A stretch of DNA of 64,000 bases from Bacillota bacterium (GTDB lineage: Bacteria > Bacillota > UBA994 > UBA5500), in assembly GCA_050949055.1 (NCBI GenBank), contig JBMNFA010000006.1, positions 11,759-75,758 on the forward strand. The letters are read 5' to 3'. The notes beneath the pieces were generated by a model. The model was not told where the DNA came from, did no database searches, and was given only the letters and a program-made list of their open reading frames with translations. The translations under genes and the position numbers were made by a program. This document shows positions 58,120-64,000 of the stretch, piece after piece (the first letter of the stretch is position 1; every line of letters starts with the position of its first letter).

Positions 58120-59241
58120 ATGAACTACAGCGCCAGATGGCGGCGATTGCAGAGCGCCATGCAACGCGAGCGATTGGATGGCATCGTCTATGGCAGCGGT
58201 GCCAACTTCCAGTATCTGAGTGGCCTGCAGCAAACCTGGCAGCGAGAACATGAGCCGGCCGAACCAGACTGCCTGCTGGCTTTGACGGCCAGCCAACCGC
58301 CGCTGGTGGTCTGCAGGCGGTATCCGGGTGTAAACCCGGCCAACCTGCGAATAGAGGCGGCCGCATCGCTGCAAGAGGCCGTCGCTTTGCTGCGCAATTA
58401 CCTGAATGGGCAGAGGGTTGGCGTCAGCAGCCAGGCGGCCGCCTATCTGAGCGAGCTGGTTGGGCAAGCACTGCCTGGAGCCGTTTGCCCCGTGGCGGAA
58501 GAGATGGGCGCAGAGCTGCGCCAGGTCAAAGACGCCGACGAAGTTGAGCGCATCCGAAAAGTGGTAAACTTGACCGACCGGGTGATGGCACAGGTGCTCC
58601 CATTGATCCGCCCCGGTATCACCCAGCCCGAGCTGCAACAGCAGATTGCCCAAGCAGGGCTGGCCCTCGGTGCCCAGGACGTTTCTTTTACGCCCGCGGC
58701 CCTTTATGTCAAGTCGGGTACTACACCCACTGCAGAGCCATTCGTTTATCCACAGGACCAAGGCTTGGTGCCAGGCACCTCCATCGCCCTTGACTTCGGT
58801 TTTGTGCTCGATGGCTACTGTTCGGATTTCGGGCGTTCCTTCTACTGCGGGCCGGCTCCCGAACATATCTCCGGTGCCTACCGGACCCTACAAGCCGGCC
58901 AGTGCCATCTGATCAGCCAGCTACGCCCAGGCATGCGCATCAGCCAGCTATACGGCATACTGGAAGCTTTCCTCGACGAACACGGCTATGGCGATCGCCT
59001 GCGTGCCCGCCTTCCCGACGGTACCTTAGGTCACCAGATCGGCGTTGGCCTACACGAGGACCCCTGGCTGAGGCCGACCAGCGAGCGACAGTTGCAGCCC
59101 GGCATGGTGATGGCTATCGAACCAAAGTTGTGGTTCCCAGGGGAGTATTATCTGCGTGTGGAGGATATCGTCGTGATCACCGAAAACGGTGCAGAGGCGC
59201 TGACCAAGTTTGACCGGGAAACATTTGAGTTGCCGCTATGA
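58120..59241 (+). CDS. M24 family metallopeptidase (Xaa-Pro aminopeptidase-like)
   Basis: Creatinase N-domain plus the pita-bread fold with metal ligands (D..D..H..E..E pattern: IALDFGFVLDGYCSDF, HQIGVGLHE, AIEP, RVED). Confidence 0.8.
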   Translation: MNYSARWRRLQSAMQRERLDGIVYGSGANFQYLSGLQQTWQREHEPAEPDCLLALTASQPPLVVCRRYPGVNPANLRIEAAASLQEAVALLRNYLNGQRVGVSSQAAAYLSELVGQALPGAVCPVAEEMGAELRQVKDADEVERIRKVVNLTDRVMAQVLPLIRPGITQPELQQQIAQAGLALGAQDVSFTPAALYVKSGTTPTAEPFVYPQDQGLVPGTSIALDFGFVLDGYCSDFGRSFYCGPAPEHISGAYRTLQAGQCHLISQLRPGMRISQLYGILEAFLDEHGYGDRLRARLPDGTLGHQIGVGLHEDPWLRPTSERQLQPGMVMAIEPKLWFPGEYYLRVEDIVVITENGAEALTKFDRETFELPL

Positions 59242-59490
59242 TCAGCGGAGGGGCCTTGCTCTTGACCTTACCGGCTCAACGGCCAGCCATTGATTGACCA
59301 GTAGCTCGGATTCGGACTTAACTGCGCTGTAGACCGCCGAGAGCGCGCACCACCTCTTCCGCAGGCTCAATCCCAGCAAAGGCCAACGCAGATAGCTTGT
59401 GACGCGCGCGGCACCGTGCCTGGCAGACTGGTCTTCGTGCTTCATAGAGTCTATAATGGTGGCAACAGCTGCAACTTTGGAGGGGATGAA

Positions 59491-60198
59491 ATGATACCAA
59501 CGCCACACATCGCCGTTTCCGAGCAGGGGATCATCGCTGAGACCATTTTGCTGCCAGGAGATCCGCTGCGCGCCAAGTTCATTGCTGACAAATACCTGGA
59601 GGGGGTTGTTCAGTTTAACGGCACCAGAAACATGCTCGGCTTCACAGGTACCTACCACGGTAAACGAGTTTCAGTGATGGGGACCGGCATGGGCATGCCT
59701 TCCATCGGTATCTATTCTTACGAGCTGATCCACTTCTATGGGGTGAAGAACTTGATCCGCGTCGGTTCCTGCGGGGCTTTCCAGCCAGATATCAAGGTGC
59801 GAGACATCATCGTCGGCATGTCTGCTTCCACTGACTCCAATTTCGCAGAGCAGTATGCCTTGCCTGGCACCTATGCTCCCACCGCCTCCTGGTCGTTGCT
59901 CAAGCGGGCTGTGGATGTGGCCGAGAGCAAAGGGATCCCAGTCAAAGTAGGCAACATCCTATCTTCGGACGTCTTTTACGGCGATGACCCCGAATCATGG
60001 AAGAGATGGGCCAAGATGGGCGTGCTGGCGGTGGAGATGGAAGCGGCTGCGCTGTACATGAATGCCGCCCGTGCCGGCGTCGACGCCCTCTGCATTCTCA
60101 CAGTGTCCGACTCGCTGGTCTCCCATCAGCTGGTCAGCGCTGAGGAAAGGCAGAACACGTTCACGCAGATGATGGAGATAGCGCTGGAGTTGGCATAG
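59491..60198 (+). CDS. deoD: purine nucleoside phosphorylase, DeoD type
   Basis: 235 aa; conserved DeoD family sequence ([10 protein letters not shown]..., [19 protein letters not shown]); SD ggagggg before the ATG. Confidence 0.9.
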   Translation: MIPTPHIAVSEQGIIAETILLPGDPLRAKFIADKYLEGVVQFNGTRNMLGFTGTYHGKRVSVMGTGMGMPSIGIYSYELIHFYGVKNLIRVGSCGAFQPDIKVRDIIVGMSASTDSNFAEQYALPGTYAPTASWSLLKRAVDVAESKGIPVKVGNILSSDVFYGDDPESWKRWAKMGVLAVEMEAAALYMNAARAGVDALCILTVSDSLVSHQLVSAEERQNTFTQMMEIALELA

Positions 60199-60264
60199 TG
60201 TGACAGAGGGACGGATCTTTTGTCACACGCGGCGTGTGACAAAAGATCCGTCCCTCTGTCACAT
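60198..60264. repeat. REP family D: intact 67-bp palindrome gtgtgacagagggacggatcttttgtcacacg-cgg-cgtgtgacaaaagatccgtccctctgtcacat
   Basis: Near-perfect 30-bp arms; the same element is split by IS copy 2 at 61726-61765 / 63664-63689. Confidence 0.8.
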
Positions 60265-60293
60265 CGCGAGACGAAAACGAGGAGGTTCATCTA

Positions 60294-60956
60294 ATGAAGA
60301 TACGAACAAGTCGATTATTGCTCCTGTTATTGCTGGTGGCGGGTTTGTTGCTGGCAGGCTGTGCAGACCAGACGGGGATGCAGCAGCAGTTGCAGGAAAA
60401 GGACGCCCGCATTGCTGAACTGGAGGAACAACTGGCCGGGTGGGAACGGCTGAGCGATCAGCAACCGCTACCGAGCGCATTGAAAGTGATCCGCTTGCTG
60501 CGGGATAAGGACTTTGCGGGTGTCGCGGATTGGGTCCACCCTGACAAGGGCTTGCGCTTTACACCCTATGCCTTCATTGAAGTGGAGAAGGACCGCCGCT
60601 TCAGCGCCGAGGAAGTTGCCGGCCTGATGGGAGATGAAACCGTCTACGAATGGGGATTCTATGACGGCTCGGGTGAACCGATCGAGCTCACCTTTGCGGA
60701 TTACTACCAGCGGTTCGTCTACGATCAGGACTTTGTCAACGCCCAGGTAATTGGAAACAACTACTCCGTCAGTTATGGTAATACCATCGACAACATCGGT
60801 GAAGCATATCCTGATGGCAAGTACATCGAGTTCTATTTCCCAGGCCTTCACCCCGAGTATGGCGGTGCTGATTGGCGCAGCCTGAGGACGGTGTTTGAGC
60901 AGGAGAACGACACTTGGTATTTGGTGGGCATTGTGCACAGCGAGTGGACGATTTAA
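60294..60956 (+). CDS. hypothetical lipoprotein
   Basis: Signal peptide plus lipobox LLAGC, then a coiled-coil segment. Confidence 0.6.
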   Translation: MKIRTSRLLLLLLLVAGLLLAGCADQTGMQQQLQEKDARIAELEEQLAGWERLSDQQPLPSALKVIRLLRDKDFAGVADWVHPDKGLRFTPYAFIEVEKDRRFSAEEVAGLMGDETVYEWGFYDGSGEPIELTFADYYQRFVYDQDFVNAQVIGNNYSVSYGNTIDNIGEAYPDGKYIEFYFPGLHPEYGGADWRSLRTVFEQENDTWYLVGIVHSEWTI

Positions 60957-61032
60957 AACTGGAACGAAGGGACAGTCACCGCGTGCCAAACTGGCAGCGG
61001 ACATCAGGCAAGTCACTGATCCGAGATGCCAA

Positions 61033-61068
61033 ACGGGGAGTGGCCAAGGGCCACTCCCCGTGATATTT
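61033..61068 (+). terminator. intrinsic terminator cggggagtggcc-N5-ggccactccccg followed by a T-run
   Basis: 12-bp stem read directly, between convergent genes. Confidence 0.6.
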
Positions 61069-61076
61069 TCCACCGG

Positions 61077-61712
61077 CTAAACGAGGCCAGATCGTGCGTG
61101 TTGCTGTGCTGCCCTTTCCGGCTTCCACTCCTGCCAGATGCGTCCTGCCGTCTGCAGGTCCCCAGACAAGGCGCTGTCTCCGGGTTGCCAACCGGCGGGT
61201 ATGGAAGCCCCGCTGCTCTGTTGCTCTTGGCAGGCCTGGATGATCCTGATCAATTCATCCACGTTGCGGCCAACCGAAGAGGGCAGGACCTCCACCAACT
61301 GCACCACTCCTTGGGGATCTATCAGGAAGTGCGCCCGTTGATTTACTCCCTGCTGCTGGTCGTAGGTGCCGAACATGCTGCCCAACTTCCCACCGCGGTC
61401 TGCCCCTAGTGGGAAGGGTACCGCTGCGCCGATCAATTCCTTCAGTTCAACCTCGTCCCACAGCTTGTGTGCGTTGACGCTGTCCACGCTGACACCAATT
61501 ACCTCGACGCCCAGCTCCTGCAGTTTGGGATAGCGCACGGCCATCATGGCTATCTCGGTCGGTCAGACTGGCGTGAAGTCTCCGCTATAGAAGTGCAACA
61601 CATGCCAGCGCCCGCTCAGTTCAGACGAGTGCATCTGGCGACTGCCGCCTTCTTGGTACACTTCCAACGACCAGCTGGGCGAGGCCGATCCCACGGTGGG
61701 AAACATAGGCAT
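61077..61712 (-). CDS. peroxiredoxin (AhpC/Prx1 subfamily) with an in-frame TGA at the peroxidatic-Cys position; candidate selenocysteine peroxiredoxin, about 211 aa
   Basis: The reading frame is continuous from ATG 61710-61712 (SD ggagg) through the TGA at 61563-65 (minus strand): ...VLHFYSGDFTPV-U-PTEIAMMAVRY...GVEVIGVSVDS, which matches FYPLDFTFVCPTE of Prx. A hairpin lies 9 nt downstream of the UGA (61529-61554). The resolving Cys is absent (SIPAGW instead of VCPAxW). Confidence 0.6.
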
Positions 61713-61725
61713 ACCTCCAATCGTA

Positions 61726-61765
61726 TGTGACGGAGGGACGGATCTTTTGTCACACGCGTGTGACA
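61726..61765. repeat. REP family D left half, interrupted by IS copy 2
   Basis: tgtgacggagggacggatcttttgtcacacgcgtgtgaca abuts the IS terminus. Confidence 0.75.
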
Positions 61766-62040
61766 TGAGGTGCCCCCTGTCGAGTTGACAAACGAAATAA
61801 TGAAAGCGTTTGCTCCTTAGGAATGACCCTGAGGAGCCTTCTTTCTTGGGATGTCTTAAGCAATACAGCCAATGGTTGCTGGCCACGGCTCTCCCTGTCG
61901 GAGCCCTGAGCAGTACCACAGGGTGAGTCCCTTGACCCCTGTGCTACAATTTTGTGCGCAGAGGGGCGATGAGGTATCTGCTGTGCTCTCCCTGCCATCG
62001 CCCCTCGCACCCTCGTTAAGCACAGGGAGTCAAGGGCGAT

Positions 62041-62799
62041 TTATGCACACATTCTGTACTCCATCGGGGTCAGACCAGAAAACTTCCTTTGCGGTCGTTC
62101 TTCGTTGTAGAAGCGTATATAGTCACTTACGTCGGCTACCAGATCTTCGTAGCTCTCGTAATACTTTCTTAGGTTGTAGCGCTCTGCTTTGAGCTTACCC
62201 CAAAATCCTTCCATGGGGCCATTGTCAATGCAGCGGCTTACTCTTGACATGCTTTGGATCATGCCCTGATTCGTGATAATCTTGGCAAAACCATAGGAAG
62301 TATATTGGAAGCCTCTATCGCTGTGAATGAGGGGCTGTGCTTCTGGATTGGCCTTCAAGGCTGCCTGCAATGTGCTAAAGACAAGCTTGTTGTTATTCCT
62401 CTTACCAATGACATAGGCAACAATACTGTTGTCGTAAAGGTCGAGAATGGCGCTCAGGTATGCTTTCTGGCCGTCGCCATACTTGAACTCGGTTACATCT
62501 GTAAGCCATTTCTGGTTCTTCCTCAAAGCTGTGAACTTTCTGTTCAGCAGGTTCTCAGCAACATGTCCAGGCGAAGACTTTTTGTATTGTCTGCGTTTCT
62601 TTCGAGTGACCGATTTCAGACCCATCAGTCGCATCAACCGATAGATTCGTTTAAGGTTGTACGTTGCCTGTAGCCTCCGGTTCACGACCAGTTGCATCAT
62701 CCTGTAGCCGTAGATACCCTTGACCTCCAAGTAGATACCAGCTATTGTGTCAGCGATTAACTCGTTTGTCCGCTCTCGCTCACTTGGTTCCTTCTTCAA
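62041..62799 (-). CDS. IS3-family transposase OrfB (copy 2)
   Basis: Near-identical to 32259-33017 (one P/L difference). Confidence 0.85.
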   Translation of the reverse strand: MKKEPSERERTNELIADTIAGIYLEVKGIYGYRMMQLVVNRRLQATYNLKRIYRLMRLMGLKSVTRKKRRQYKKSSPGHVAENLLNRKFTALRKNQKWLTDVTEFKYGDGQKAYLSAILDLYDNSIVAYVIGKRNNNKLVFSTLQAALKANPEAQPLIHSDRGFQYTSYGFAKIITNQGMIQSMSRVSRCIDNGPMEGFWGKLKAERYNLRKYYESYEDLVADVSDYIRFYNEERPQRKFSGLTPMEYRMCA

Positions 62800-62915
62800 A
62801 TAATTGTAGTGCGCCTGGCGGCTGATGTTGGCAACCCTGCATAACTCAGAGATAGAGTGGCCTTTGCTGTGCAGTTCGTGGATTGCCTGATGGAGTTTAA
62901 ATCGTGGAACTCGGC

Positions 62916-63659
62916 CTAGCGATACCTCTTCTCGAGTTCCTCCAATTTTTTTAGGAATGCGTTCTCCACGCTCAGTCTGCGAACTTCCTTCTGCAGATTA
63001 CGAAGCTCAATCTTCAGCCGATCGGCCTCTGTCAACTCAGTTTCTTCTTTGGCTTTGCCTCGGCGGTCAACAAGTGCCTTCTCTCCGCCTTTGTTATACT
63101 TACTAACCCAAGAGTGAACCTGCTGGTAGCTGACCTTATAGCGCTCCGCTGCCTCCCGGTAGTTACAGTCATTGGCTATACAATGTCGGACAATCTCTAT
63201 ACGCTCATCGTAGGTGGTTCTCCGCCCTTTGTTCATGTCTCTGGATTCCCCTCCTGGAGAAGACTTGAGTTCTTCTCCTTGAGTATACTTGAAAATCCAG
63301 CGCCGAAGTTGCGTTTCCTCCCTTATGCCGTACCTAAGGCAGATGTCCATTTGAGAGCCTTCTCCCGTCAGGTAGGCTTGTACAGCTTGCATCTTAAGCT
63401 CAGCAGGATAATGATTACTACTCAATTGCCCGACCAGGGAGTCTATACCATATTCCTGTAACCTAATACGCCATCGACGTATTGTACTCTTGCCTACGTT
63501 GAACCTGGAAACTGCCTCTTTGACTGGATGCCCTTCATCAATCCATGCAAGTATTCGTAGCTTCTCTCCCAAAGTGAACTTGCGTCCGGACAAAAGAATG
63601 CCCCCCCTCAGCGACTGATGAATTTTCGTTATTTCATCTGTCAACTTTGGGGGGAGCAC
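62916..63659 (-). CDS. IS3-family transposase OrfA (copy 2; N-terminally extended reading frame from a GTG near the IR because of a 7-C rather than 9-C tract)
   Basis: Same protein as 33134-33811 with 22 extra N-terminal residues. Confidence 0.8.
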   Translation of the reverse strand: MLPPKLTDEITKIHQSLRGGILLSGRKFTLGEKLRILAWIDEGHPVKEAVSRFNVGKSTIRRWRIRLQEYGIDSLVGQLSSNHYPAELKMQAVQAYLTGEGSQMDICLRYGIREETQLRRWIFKYTQGEELKSSPGGESRDMNKGRRTTYDERIEIVRHCIANDCNYREAAERYKVSYQQVHSWVSKYNKGGEKALVDRRGKAKEETELTEADRLKIELRNLQKEVRRLSVENAFLKKLEELEKRYR

Positions 63660-63663
63660 ATCA

Positions 63664-63689
63664 ACAAAAGATCCGTCCCTCCGTCACAC
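63664..63689. repeat. REP family D right half
   Basis: acaaaagatccgtccctccgtcacac immediately after the IS. Confidence 0.75.
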
Positions 63690-63778
63690 TGAGATGTACA
63701 TTATTACTATCACCGCTGCGGAGGATGGTAATGCGGACAGCCTGTTTCGGGGCGGGGGAGGTAGCCTATAGTTCTACT

Positions 63779-64000
63779 CTAGTACTTGCCCAGCGCCTTG
63801 GCCTTCTCCAGCATCTTGGCGCTGGTCTCGGGTACGATTTTGGTCAGGGGTAGGTTGTAGGGGCAACGGCTCTCGCACAGCCGGCAGCCAGCGCAGTCAA
63901 GCCCTTTCAGGAAGGCCTGCACATGTCCTTCATCCAACTTGTGCCAGCCAGAGCGATTGAAGAACAGCTCGGCAGAGGCGAGAAAATTCACCGGAATCCC
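63779..64000 (-). CDS. C-terminal part of an Fe-S cluster-containing oxidoreductase; the gene continues beyond the window end
   Basis: CAGCRLCESRCPYNLP 4Fe-4S-type motif; the reading frame stays open to position 64000. Confidence 0.5.
   Translation of the reverse strand, partial: GIPVNFLASAELFFNRSGWHKLDEGHVQAFLKGLDCAGCRLCESRCPYNLPLTKIVPETSAKMLEKAKALGKY

Larger units (their letters stand above)
61766..63663 (-). mobile_element. IS3-family insertion sequence, copy 2, flanked by the 3-bp target-site duplication ACA inside REP-D
   Basis: Near-identical to copy 1. The flanks reconstruct an uninterrupted REP-D palindrome once the IS and one ACA are removed. Confidence 0.85.

Noticed and set aside
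33884-61765. Possibility that the two IS3 copies and the intervening 28 kb form a composite transposon
   Set aside because: The evidence does not support a composite transposon. Copy 2 has its own 3-bp duplication inside a REP element, which marks an independent simple insertion, and copy 1 has no duplication, so there are no matching outer duplications. The segment contains core metabolic genes (ilvE, proC, deoD-adjacent). Recombination-prone direct repeats, yes; evidence for a transposon, no.

Overview
This is a 64-kb chromosomal window of about 57-58% GC from what appears to be an endospore-forming Firmicute. The supporting genes are spore photoproduct lyase splB, DegV, a T-box leader, a Spo0E-like small ORF and typical GGAGG ribosome-binding sites. 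Gene content is mostly metabolic housekeeping. It includes the glycine-cleavage operon gcvT-gcvH-gcvPA, partial at the window start, behind a long attenuator-type leader. It also includes gap, proC, a branched-chain aminotransferase, deoD, an EtfB-EtfA(ferredoxin-fused)-GlcD-like module that looks like an electron-bifurcating lactate dehydrogenase, a GlpA-like/NAD(P)-FAD oxidoreductase/DUF1667 trio, two CapA paralogues, several M20/M24/M28 peptidases, a D-aminoacylase, a gamma-glutamyltransferase, two ABC systems, a MATE pump and an ECF sigma/anti-sigma pair. The mobile and repeat load is heavy and structured. Two near-identical copies of a 1.9-kb IS3-family element lie in direct orientation about 28 kb apart; one of them sits inside a palindromic REP-like repeat with a 3-bp target duplication. 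A group II intron with a 464-aa RT/maturase lies immediately after a REP-like hairpin. A separate IS4/IS5-superfamily transposase gene lies next to the proC T-box. At least four families of dispersed palindromic REP/terminator-like elements are present. The most notable single feature is a peroxiredoxin gene on the minus strand with an in-frame TGA exactly at the peroxidatic-cysteine position, followed 9 nt later by a hairpin; this is most simply read as a selenocysteine peroxiredoxin. Other points of interest are a strongly expressed 40-codon ORF plus tandem terminators in front of an ABC-2 exporter operon, which looks like a leader-peptide attenuator, a nitroreductase-GNAT fusion, a Fic pseudogene with several lesions, a lipoprotein serpin, and an SPFH/zinc-ribbon gene pair. 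No rRNA, tRNA or CRISPR arrays were seen.
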